A DNA stretch of 32,339 bases, from contig JBDHZC010000012.1 of assembly GCA_039811685.1 (NCBI GenBank), forward strand, positions 1 to 32,339, given 5' to 3'. A model generated the notes under the pieces. It did not search any database. It had not been told where the DNA came from and was given only the letters and a program-made list of their open reading frames with translations. This document shows, piece after piece, positions 6,194 through 14,864 of the stretch. The DNA is from Armatimonadota bacterium. GTDB lineage: Bacteria > Armatimonadota > UBA5829 > DSUL01. Position 1 is the first letter of the stretch, and each line of letters begins with the position of its first letter. The translations under genes and the position numbers were made by a program.

Positions 6194-9172
6194 TTACGGT
6201 TGAAACCGGATCAGCGCGAAACGCTCCGGTGGAACAGTGATCTCCAGCACGTTGTTGTTCAGAGAGATATTTGTATTTGTCATCATGTTTCTGACGCTGG
6301 GGTTAGCGAAGCCTTTCCACCGCAGCCTTACGGTGGAAGACGCCCCGCCATTGAACGAGCGCAGGTTGGAGATGACGAGCAGAATCCGGCCGTTGCGCTC
6401 CCAGGTGGCGTAGACGTCCTCCCGGCCAGGAGTGGAAACCCACTCGAAGTTGGGATTGTTCCGCCAGCACGGGATGAAGTCGGAGCGCCTGACACCAAAG
6501 CCGCGCAAAACGCTGTATATCTGCTTTACCAGAGTCTGGTTCATTGAGGAGAGCCAGCCCTGCGGAACCCCGTGCGGAAGGGCCCAGGCGAAGGACATCC
6601 AGGTCTGTTTATCCGCCGACGGGGGATCTGTGCCTTCGGTCAGCAAGCCGTTATACATGTAAGTTGGCACTCCGAAGTTGGTTGACAGACAGCGCGAGCG
6701 GAACATATCGAGTCCCCAGCACTGGGCGTAGCTACCGTCCGGATTCCACAGCAGGCAATCGTATGGCTGCTCCCCCGTCAGCCACTCGGTGGCAAACCCT
6801 ATGATGGGAGGCACGAACTCCCAGGTGTGCACCCAGTAGTGGTATTTCGGGAAGCCGGGACGCTCCGGAGCGTCGAGCGGTGGAGTATACGGACTGGAAA
6901 CGGTGTCCTCCATCATAATAGCGAACCGTTTCATCGCTTCACGACTGGCCAGGACGGGAACGGTGGGCTGTACAACTCCGTTACCATCCGTCCAGCCGCA
7001 TCCGTGGTTTGTGTTGCGGCAATGGAACTGAGCGCCCAGCCAGCCATCAAAGTAGAACCCGTCCAACGAGTATGTCTGCATAACGCTGCGCCACGTGTAC
7101 GTGAGGAAGTCTATGTAGCTGGTAGATTGCGCGCAATCAGCGTACTGCGCTATCCCGTCCCAGGTCAGCACGTCCTCCGGCAGCCGCTGCCACTCATAGG
7201 CGTAGTCACTGAATGGCGACATCAGGGGTGAAATCTTCTGTGGACAGGAGGCGGGCCCGACAGCGGCGACCCCGCGGCTTTGATAGCTGTCTCGCAATGC
7301 AGTGAGGTTCGTTGAGTTCATATGCTCGGGGTCGTTAAGTCCCTGCATCACGTTTGTGTTCCAGATCACCATCATGTCCATGTTGCCAGGCATGGCCAGC
7401 CACGCCAGTGAAGACGGCGCTGCAAACGCCCGGTCTGCCACCATCGAGTGGTAATCTGGTGGAAGAGGCTTGATCGGCGTCGCCTGCAGGCCAAGACTGA
7501 ACGAAAGCCCATCGGCCAGCGTGCTGGATTCAATCAGATTAGCCCGGTACACGGACGTTGTGGAGCCCGGAACAAACGTGCAGAAGTTGGCAAGTGAGGC
7601 AGGTTTCCACTTTTCGAGTGTGGAGTACGTGAAGCCCAGCCCTCTGTCTTCATTGCCAAACCACTGGTAGAAATTGGCGACCCAGTCGTTGACAGCCCAG
7701 CCGATCTGCATCGGGGACGACCCAATGGCTCCGGCGCCCTCCGTAGATGGCCGGAACATCTGGAAGTACTTCATCTGAGACGAGCGCAACGGAGCTTCCA
7801 TTCGTAAGGAGGAGATGGTCACCTTTCTGCGGGGATCCTTCAGCTTCAGCTCGAACCAGACGAATCCATCGAAATCAGCGCTGATATGAGTCTGCACTTC
7901 GACATCGCAGATGTCGCCGATGGCTTCGGCTTCGATGCGCGCTGGCGTCTGCTTTGTGATGTGGAAGCTCTTCAGGCGCACAACGTGCTCTTCGGCGCCC
8001 ACTGTAGCGACCAGGCGTACTGGCGAGGCCAGCAACTCCTCACCGGCGCTGACGATACTGTCCGGAAACACCCCTGTCCCCCAGGTCATCGTCCTGCCCC
8101 ATGCGCCGATCTGTTGGCTGCCTGAAGTCATCGGCGTCCAGGGCTTTACGACGCGATCTGGATCCACGCCAACCTTTGCGCTCAACCAGGGGGCATCTGC
8201 AAGATGGTTGAAGGCCGCCTGCCCCTGAGCCAGCAGTTGGCCTGCGCGGTAGGCTGATGCGCGGCAGATGTAAGCTCCCTCCGGGAGGCTGCCATAGTCC
8301 AGCCGTATCTCCTTTGGTTGCGAAGGCTGCATAGGGACGTCGCGGCGGAGCACCACACTGGAGGCGCTGTTCACCACTTCGACGGCGCAGAGAACACTTC
8401 CGCTTCCGAGGCCCTGGGGCTCAACCCGAGCGATCAGATACTTCTGGCTGGGAACGTTTCGGGCGCGCACCGTAAGCTTTGCCGTGCCGCTTTGCATATC
8501 GAACAGCAGACGGTCCACCTGAATGAAGTCAGCCAGCGTTTTGCAGGAGGCTGAGCTCCACTCCAGGCTCTGGAGGCTGGTCCATGAGCTGTTGCTGAGG
8601 CTGCCGCTGCCCTCGTCCACTTTCCAGGCAGTCCAGGGATCGCTGGAGGTGGAGGCGGCGGAGATATCCATATCCAGGACATACAGACTCTGGGGATTTG
8701 GACCGGACGCGAACATTATCAGGTTGCGAGAGACGCTTCCGCCCGGAAAGCGCGCCCGGAGTGTTACTGGAGACAGACCTGAGGAGCCAGGGTTGTTGGC
8801 TTCGGCTCTGAGGTAGAACTGCAACGTGCTTCCCGCGCCATAAGCCGGCAGACCAAAGCTTCTCGCAAGCTTGATCCCTCCCCCTGCCACGCCGCTCCAG
8901 CCGTTGCCCTGGACCGCGTTGCCAGCCCATGCGTCCACTTTTGGTACCGTCAGAGATGGGTTCCCGGCGGGAAGCGCGGTCCAGCCAGCCTGAGCCGCCT
9001 GCGCGGGAGTATCAAACTCCGTCCAGGCATCTGAAACATCCGGAAAGACCTGCGCAGACACCAGCCTGCCGAGCGCAAGCGTCAGACACAACACCGCGCC
9101 TGCTACGCGGCACAGGCGATGAAGCGATTCGCGGGATACGGTGACGGGCGACGTTTTGTGAGCACGCGGCAT
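6194..9172 (-). CDS. large secreted putative glycoside hydrolase (DUF6067-like region plus TIM-barrel-like catalytic region)
   Basis: Signal peptide after ATG 9172 (AGGAGG 8 nt upstream), PWTPM, DFDGFVW, GLQATPIKPLP, DGFYFDGW, CRNTNHGCGW, WLTGEQ. Paralog of 24485-27937. Confidence 0.75.
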   Translation of the reverse strand: MPRAHKTSPVTVSRESLHRLCRVAGAVLCLTLALGRLVSAQVFPDVSDAWTEFDTPAQAAQAGWTALPAGNPSLTVPKVDAWAGNAVQGNGWSGVAGGGIKLARSFGLPAYGAGSTLQFYLRAEANNPGSSGLSPVTLRARFPGGSVSRNLIMFASGPNPQSLYVLDMDISAASTSSDPWTAWKVDEGSGSLSNSSWTSLQSLEWSSASCKTLADFIQVDRLLFDMQSGTAKLTVRARNVPSQKYLIARVEPQGLGSGSVLCAVEVVNSASSVVLRRDVPMQPSQPKEIRLDYGSLPEGAYICRASAYRAGQLLAQGQAAFNHLADAPWLSAKVGVDPDRVVKPWTPMTSGSQQIGAWGRTMTWGTGVFPDSIVSAGEELLASPVRLVATVGAEEHVVRLKSFHITKQTPARIEAEAIGDICDVEVQTHISADFDGFVWFELKLKDPRRKVTISSLRMEAPLRSSQMKYFQMFRPSTEGAGAIGSSPMQIGWAVNDWVANFYQWFGNEDRGLGFTYSTLEKWKPASLANFCTFVPGSTTSVYRANLIESSTLADGLSFSLGLQATPIKPLPPDYHSMVADRAFAAPSSLAWLAMPGNMDMMVIWNTNVMQGLNDPEHMNSTNLTALRDSYQSRGVAAVGPASCPQKISPLMSPFSDYAYEWQRLPEDVLTWDGIAQYADCAQSTSYIDFLTYTWRSVMQTYSLDGFYFDGWLGAQFHCRNTNHGCGWTDGNGVVQPTVPVLASREAMKRFAIMMEDTVSSPYTPPLDAPERPGFPKYHYWVHTWEFVPPIIGFATEWLTGEQPYDCLLWNPDGSYAQCWGLDMFRSRCLSTNFGVPTYMYNGLLTEGTDPPSADKQTWMSFAWALPHGVPQGWLSSMNQTLVKQIYSVLRGFGVRRSDFIPCWRNNPNFEWVSTPGREDVYATWERNGRILLVISNLRSFNGGASSTVRLRWKGFANPSVRNMMTNTNISLNNNVLEITVPPERFALIRFQP

Positions 9173-9595
9173 GCGCAGGTCCTCCTGTAGCGCCCACGGG
9201 ATGTCAGTGGCCGGAATGCCGGAGGGCAACAGCAGTAGCGGGCGATCGTGGATTCTTTCCTGACTGATGATACCATCCATCCGCTCCTGTAGAATGCCAG
9301 AACCCGGCTTCCCGCTCGAATTCGCGGATAATCACAGCGCGACGTGGGGCTTTTGTGCTTCGAAAACGAACATACAGAGCCTGAAACGCGTTTTCAGCGA
9401 CAAAGCATGGAAAATCGTATTCACCGCAGCCGGTAGTATGCGGTATGCTTTCATCTGAAGACAGGAGAGCCGCCAACGGCGGCCGTCAAAGTGCCCCTGC
9501 GCAGTATTGTGCATCACCCCTCTATACATGCCAGTCCTGCAGTGTGGTGGCATGAGGCGCCTTGATAACTTTATGGATTCGAAAGGAGGATGTCC

Positions 9596-10804
9596 ATGCG
9601 TTTGCTCAGGAAGACGCCCATAGTTCTTGCGGCGGCTGCCCTGCTGGCCCAGCCAATATCACCGGCGCGGGCGGCTGGTCCTTACGAGTTGCTCGTTGTA
9701 AGCGCCAGTTCCAACCAGGTGCTGCGATTTGATCCGGATGGGCACTATCTTGGGGTATTCGCCGCCGACTCCGGGCTTGCTGGCCCGCTGGGAATTGCCG
9801 TCGGCGCGGATGGCAAGGTGTACGTCAGCGCAGAGAGCAATGGCCGGGCGAGCGTGCGCCGCTACTCCAGCAGTGGTGACTTCGAGCACGAGTATTACGA
9901 GTTTTCGCTCACAAAGCCCTTCGGCGTCGCGCTGGATGCGGCGAACAACCTTTACGTTAGCAGCTATCAAGCGGACGAAGTGGTGCGCTGGATGGCAAAT
10001 GAATCTTACGACGGAACATTCGCCTCAAGCGGAGGGATGGACGGGCCGGCCGGCATCAGCTTTGGGCCGGATGGCAGGTTGAACGTCGCCTGCGACATGG
10101 CCGGGACAGACCCCCTGGTAAACGGGCGCGTCTTACGATTCACCACAAGCGGCGCGTATGATTCACAGATTGTGATGGATAACCCGTCTGTATACCCCAG
10201 CCACGTAGTGACGGACCCATCTGGAGACGTATACGTTCTCGTAACGATCAACAAGCCCAACAACGCCGTCATCCGCTACACATCCGCCGGGGTCTACAAT
10301 GGTTACTTCACATTTCCGGGCATAACCGCGCCCGCAGGCCTGGCTCTACTACCGGGTACGAACCAGATCTACGTAACCGGTGAGGAGGGCGTGTACCGCT
10401 GGGATGAAGCCACGGGGCAGCAGTTGGTGGTAGCCAATGGCAAGAACGGTCTTGCGCGGCCTTTTGGTATCGCATTCAGGCCGCTGCAGGCAAGTTCAAG
10501 CAACACCATTACGTATCAGGGGAAGCTGACCAACCCTCAGGGGCAGAGCGTTCCAGACGGATCGTACTCACTGGTGGTGAGATTCTTCGATGTAGAGACT
10601 GGCGGCTCTCCGCTCTGGGAATCCACTCCGGCGAGTATCTCCACCAGCGGCGGTCTGTTTACCACGCAACTTTCGAAAGTGCCGGCCGGGGTCTTCGCCG
10701 CAAAGAACGTGTGGATGGAGACACAGGTCAACGCAGAGACGATTTCTCCGCGACGCTATATAGGCGCTGTGCCGCTTACAATCAGAGGCCAGACGGACAA
10801 CTGA
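9596..10804 (+). CDS. secreted beta-propeller protein with C-terminal YQGKL...SPR domain
   Basis: Signal peptide, NHL-like blades (PLGIAVGADGKVYV, PFGVALDAANNLYV), and TYQGKLT...GGLF...WMETQVNAETISPR from 10514. AGGAGG spacing favours ATG 9596. Confidence 0.85.
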   Translation: MRLLRKTPIVLAAAALLAQPISPARAAGPYELLVVSASSNQVLRFDPDGHYLGVFAADSGLAGPLGIAVGADGKVYVSAESNGRASVRRYSSSGDFEHEYYEFSLTKPFGVALDAANNLYVSSYQADEVVRWMANESYDGTFASSGGMDGPAGISFGPDGRLNVACDMAGTDPLVNGRVLRFTTSGAYDSQIVMDNPSVYPSHVVTDPSGDVYVLVTINKPNNAVIRYTSAGVYNGYFTFPGITAPAGLALLPGTNQIYVTGEEGVYRWDEATGQQLVVANGKNGLARPFGIAFRPLQASSSNTITYQGKLTNPQGQSVPDGSYSLVVRFFDVETGGSPLWESTPASISTSGGLFTTQLSKVPAGVFAAKNVWMETQVNAETISPRRYIGAVPLTIRGQTDN

Positions 10805-10865
10805 TACGCCAATGCGAATCAGACGCCACGGTCACAACTGTGATATTAGAAAGGAAAGTCATCCA

Positions 10866-12071
10866 ATGGGGACACTGAAGAAAACAGCCTTGCTGGCAGC
10901 GGCGATATGCGCACTGGGAGTCGCAGCCGCACCGCAGGCTTCGGCGGACTATCTGGTGGCAAGCTACGGCACAAACCAGGTTCTACGCTACGGCAATGAC
11001 GGCGCCTACAAAGGGGTTTTTGCCGGAGATACAGCCAATGTAACGCATCCGACGGCTATGGCGCGTGACGCCAGTGGCAACGTCTACGTAGCCTGCTATG
11101 TGACGCAGATCACCAGCTATATTGTGCGCCTGAATCCGAAAGGCGAGTATCTGGCTAATGTCGGCACTGGCGACTACGGCTGGATCGGCGGACTTATCTT
11201 CGACAACGCCGGCAATCTCTATATCAGCGATACAAACGCATATTGGGTCAACAGGCTGACTCCAGGAGGAACACAGACCGTACTGAACTCCGGAACCGAG
11301 ACATCACCCTCCCCCGGTGGGATGGCTTTTGACTCTCAAGGCCGGCTCTATCTTGCATGCAGCACAAGCGGCGGGAAGATTCTACGCTGGAACGCTGACG
11401 GTTCGTTTGACAAGAAGGTGCTGGATAATCCCAACCTTCTGGATGTGGACATTGTGAATCTCGATGAGAACACGCAAGCGATCCGCGCCGTCCGAGACGA
11501 CGGCGAAACCGTAGGATTCTATCTGGGATGGGATATTGACGGCAACTGGACAGGCGGCCCGTACGTGCAGACCCAAAGCGCTCCGACATGGGTGAACTCC
11601 ATGCTGCACGTGGACGCGAACAACGTCTTCATCGTGGGGAATAACGGTATCTTCAAGTACACGCAGACGGATCAGGGCTGGTCTGGAACTCTCTTCGCCG
11701 CACCCAGCCCCGGAGTGCTGAGCCAGCCGTATGGCATGGTCTGGGCGCCAGATGAGGTAGGATCGGCAAATGCGCTGAACTATCAGGGCAAACTTGCGGA
11801 CAGCGCCGGGAACCCTGTGGCAGACGGTCCGAAGACTCTGACTTTCGCGTTCTTTGCGGTCGAAACGGGTGGGTCTGCCGTGTGGACATCCGATCCGCTT
11901 ACAGTCAACACGAAAGGCGGTCTGTTCACGACAACCATTCCCGCAGTTCCGGCCACGGCCTTCAACTCAAAGGACGTCTGGCTGGAAGTGACTGTCAACG
12001 GGGAAACGTTGTCACCGAGGACCTATGTCAGTTCCGTGCCGTTCGCTATGAAGGCACTGAAGGCGTTCTAG
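10866..12071 (+). CDS. secreted beta-propeller protein with C-terminal YQGKL...SPR domain
   Basis: Signal peptide MGTLKKTALLAAAICALGVAAAPQASA, propeller closely related to 4987-5922, and NYQGKLAD...WLEVTVNGETLSPR from 11781. Confidence 0.85.
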   Translation: MGTLKKTALLAAAICALGVAAAPQASADYLVASYGTNQVLRYGNDGAYKGVFAGDTANVTHPTAMARDASGNVYVACYVTQITSYIVRLNPKGEYLANVGTGDYGWIGGLIFDNAGNLYISDTNAYWVNRLTPGGTQTVLNSGTETSPSPGGMAFDSQGRLYLACSTSGGKILRWNADGSFDKKVLDNPNLLDVDIVNLDENTQAIRAVRDDGETVGFYLGWDIDGNWTGGPYVQTQSAPTWVNSMLHVDANNVFIVGNNGIFKYTQTDQGWSGTLFAAPSPGVLSQPYGMVWAPDEVGSANALNYQGKLADSAGNPVADGPKTLTFAFFAVETGGSAVWTSDPLTVNTKGGLFTTTIPAVPATAFNSKDVWLEVTVNGETLSPRTYVSSVPFAMKALKAF

Positions 12072-12094
12072 GAGCCAAAGAAGGAGATACAGCC

Positions 12095-12967
12095 ATGAAT
12101 GGCCGCACTATTGCATTACTCCTGGCGGGCTCGCTGCTTGGCGCAACTTCAGCCTACGGCCCTCCCGTGAGCGCGGCGCAGTTCGCTGTGGACTGGGCTG
12201 TGTTGAGTGGAGGCGGAGGACAGATGACCTCAGCCTCCTACCGTCTGAACGGCACGCTCGGACAGGGATTCGCAGGTTACGCTTCCAGCGCAAACTATCA
12301 GCACTGGATCGGGTTCTGGATAGACGCGGGCGCAGCTCCTCAGCCTGTGCACGTCAGCAACCTCGACGAGGCAAAGACCCTGGCGGACGGCACACCTGTG
12401 CTGGCGGACGGACTATGCGCGACGACGGCCGCAGGAGCGTTTGGTTCGACGGTGGTCGCCTACGTAGAGCAGCCGGACCGCGCAAGCGGCATGCGGGTCG
12501 TCCTTAACGCTCCGGCTGGATGGCTTACAGTGGGGGCGCGCGTAAGCGTCGCCGGTGTGATGGCGACGTCTGCGGATGATGAACGCCAGATCGCCTCTGC
12601 AACATTGACACCCGAGAGCGGTACGCTTGCGCTACTCCCGCTCCATGCAACGAACAAATCGCTTGGTGGCGCGAAGCTGGGCAATCCACCCCTGGGCCAG
12701 CACGGCGTGACAGGTGGAGCAGGCGTCAACACGGTCGGACTTCTGATGATGACGTGGGGAAGAGTGATCAACGATCCGTCTGAAGGTTATACAATGTTGG
12801 ACGACGGATCCGGTACACCGGTGCGTATGGAAACGGGGCATCTGAGTATTCTGTGGTCGAGCGGTGACTATCTAAAGGTGAAGGGACTGTCCAGCCTGCG
12901 CAAGACAGGGTCTGGCCACGACCGGGTCATCATTCCGCGCGACAACGCTGATATATCCGGCGGGTGA
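12095..12967 (+). CDS. secreted protein with N-terminal GGG/GQG/WIGFW motif domain and C-terminal tandem OB-fold-like (DDGSG) domains
   Basis: AAGGAG RBS, signal peptide, DWAVLSGGGG...LNGTLGQG...HWIGFW, YVEQPDRASGMRV, GLLMMTWGRV, LDDGSG, PRDNADI. Confidence 0.82.
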   Translation: MNGRTIALLLAGSLLGATSAYGPPVSAAQFAVDWAVLSGGGGQMTSASYRLNGTLGQGFAGYASSANYQHWIGFWIDAGAAPQPVHVSNLDEAKTLADGTPVLADGLCATTAAGAFGSTVVAYVEQPDRASGMRVVLNAPAGWLTVGARVSVAGVMATSADDERQIASATLTPESGTLALLPLHATNKSLGGAKLGNPPLGQHGVTGGAGVNTVGLLMMTWGRVINDPSEGYTMLDDGSGTPVRMETGHLSILWSSGDYLKVKGLSSLRKTGSGHDRVIIPRDNADISGG

Positions 12968-13178
12968 CGCCGGCCGGCGAAATCACTGACATCACAGGGG
13001 GCTGAGCAGGCGCGAGGCCCCCTGAGCGTCCGCTGCGGCCTCCGTGAGCGATTGCAGGCCGAGAGCCTGCTTTCCCTGCTTAGCTTCGCGCATCTGTTCC
13101 CTTTCCTCAGTGAAGGAAAGAGAGTCATACTCTACCGGGCCCGCGCGCGACCTGCTCAGCCCTTTGGAGAGTCAAATC

Positions 13179-14864
13179 ATGAGTCCTGTCAGAAAAGTCC
13201 TCTTGCTTGTGCCACTCCTTCTGTCACTGTGCGTGGTGGCGCATCCTCAGATTCTGCTTGTCAACAGCTCCGGAACGGACTCGGCTCTCCGATTTGACAG
13301 CTACGGCATCTACGGAGGAGTTTTTGCGTCTGGAGCCGGACTTGACAGCCCTAGCTGTATCGCAGTAGCCCCGGATGGAGCTGCCCTGATCGGAATGCGC
13401 GATGCGCAGGGCAATGGGAAGGTTCAGCGCCGGGCGCCAAACGGAGACTTGCAGAGTGAGTACACGGCGACAGGGTTCGCCACGCCGGGCGGCGTGGCGC
13501 TGGATGCCGCCGGCAACGTGTACGCCAGCGATGTTGAAGGGCACAGAGTTCTCCGGTGGAGCGCCGCAGGCGTGTCTCAGGGAGTCTTCGCTTCCGGGAG
13601 CGGACTGAGCAGTCCAGGGGGAATTGCCTTCGATGGAGAGGGGCGTCTTCTGGTGGTCTCGAAGGGCACGGGCCAGGTGCTGCGATGGACGGCTGGTGGC
13701 TCTTTCGATACGGTTGTGGCGACAGTTCTGTCCCCAGTGGACGTGAAAGTTGGATCAAGCGGTAACATATACATTCTTCAGGCAGTGGCCTCTGGCGGTG
13801 AGGTACTGGAGCTTTATCCGGACGGCTCGACCAGGTGCGTGCGGATCGGCGGCGTCAATCTGAGCTCCCCAACCGGACTTGCGCTGCGACCGGGAGACGA
13901 CGCCATGTTTGTCACCGATACGTCGCGAGGCGTCGTGTTCTGGGATGATAGTCTCGGTTGGCAGACGCTGGCTGCAAACGGACAGAGCGGACTTTCGGAC
14001 GCGCGCGGACTTGCGTTCCAGACCGCTGCGGCAAATTCTCAAAACAGTATCAACTATCAGGGCCGCCTGACGGATTCCGGCGGAGAATCGCTACCGGACG
14101 GTCAGTACACGGTGACGTTCGGCCTCTATGCAAGCCCGGACGGCGGCCAGCCGCTGTGGGTGTCGGCGCCCCAGACAGTTACAACGAATGGCGGGGTCTT
14201 CACGAGTCTGATTCCCGGAGTTCCGGAAATGATCTTCGAGAACGAAGAGGTGTGGATCGAGATCACCGTGGGATCAATGACGCTTTCTCCGAGGCAGCAG
14301 TTCGCGGCTGCGCCGTATGCTTTTCAGACGCGCTATGCCTCAGCGCTTTCCTCAAAGGACTCACCTATCGTGTGCTCTATTGGAGATGTCACCGTCCTGC
14401 GGCTTGGAACTGACTCCAGCTTCTGGGCCAGAGCGACCGGCGGCGCGACATTTGTCACCGGGATTGACGCAAACGGCCTTCCGTCATCCGGAGTTTCGCT
14501 CAGTCCGGGCGCCGGCGCGTGGTCAACCCTCAGCGACCGCGCCGCCAAGGTCGGGTTCACGCTGGTAGACCCCCAGGATATCCTGAGCCGCCTGCGGGAG
14601 CTTCCGATTGGGCTGTGGAGCTACCGGGCCCAGGGGCCAGCCGTCAAGCATATCGGTCCAACAGCCCAGGACTTCAGATCAGCATTTGGCGTGGGCGAGG
14701 ACGACACTCATATCAGCACGGTGGACGCAGACGGGGTGATTATGGCCGCGATCCAGGGCGTCTACCAGACGATCCAGGAGAACGATCAGCGCATTCAGGA
14801 ACTGGAGCAGCGCGTGCGAAAGCTCGTTGCTGAGCGTCAGGTCGCCGGAGAGAAGGCTCAATGA
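13179..14864 (+). CDS. secreted beta-propeller + YQG domain + peptidase S74 intramolecular chaperone (tail-fibre-like) protein
   Basis: Signal peptide, NHL-like blades, NYQGRLTD at 14055, WSTL-SDRAAK (Ser codon 14532), WSY, HIGPTAQDF, DADGVIMAAIQG and a terminal coiled coil. Confidence 0.88.
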   Translation: MSPVRKVLLLVPLLLSLCVVAHPQILLVNSSGTDSALRFDSYGIYGGVFASGAGLDSPSCIAVAPDGAALIGMRDAQGNGKVQRRAPNGDLQSEYTATGFATPGGVALDAAGNVYASDVEGHRVLRWSAAGVSQGVFASGSGLSSPGGIAFDGEGRLLVVSKGTGQVLRWTAGGSFDTVVATVLSPVDVKVGSSGNIYILQAVASGGEVLELYPDGSTRCVRIGGVNLSSPTGLALRPGDDAMFVTDTSRGVVFWDDSLGWQTLAANGQSGLSDARGLAFQTAAANSQNSINYQGRLTDSGGESLPDGQYTVTFGLYASPDGGQPLWVSAPQTVTTNGGVFTSLIPGVPEMIFENEEVWIEITVGSMTLSPRQQFAAAPYAFQTRYASALSSKDSPIVCSIGDVTVLRLGTDSSFWARATGGATFVTGIDANGLPSSGVSLSPGAGAWSTLSDRAAKVGFTLVDPQDILSRLRELPIGLWSYRAQGPAVKHIGPTAQDFRSAFGVGEDDTHISTVDADGVIMAAIQGVYQTIQENDQRIQELEQRVRKLVAERQVAGEKAQ

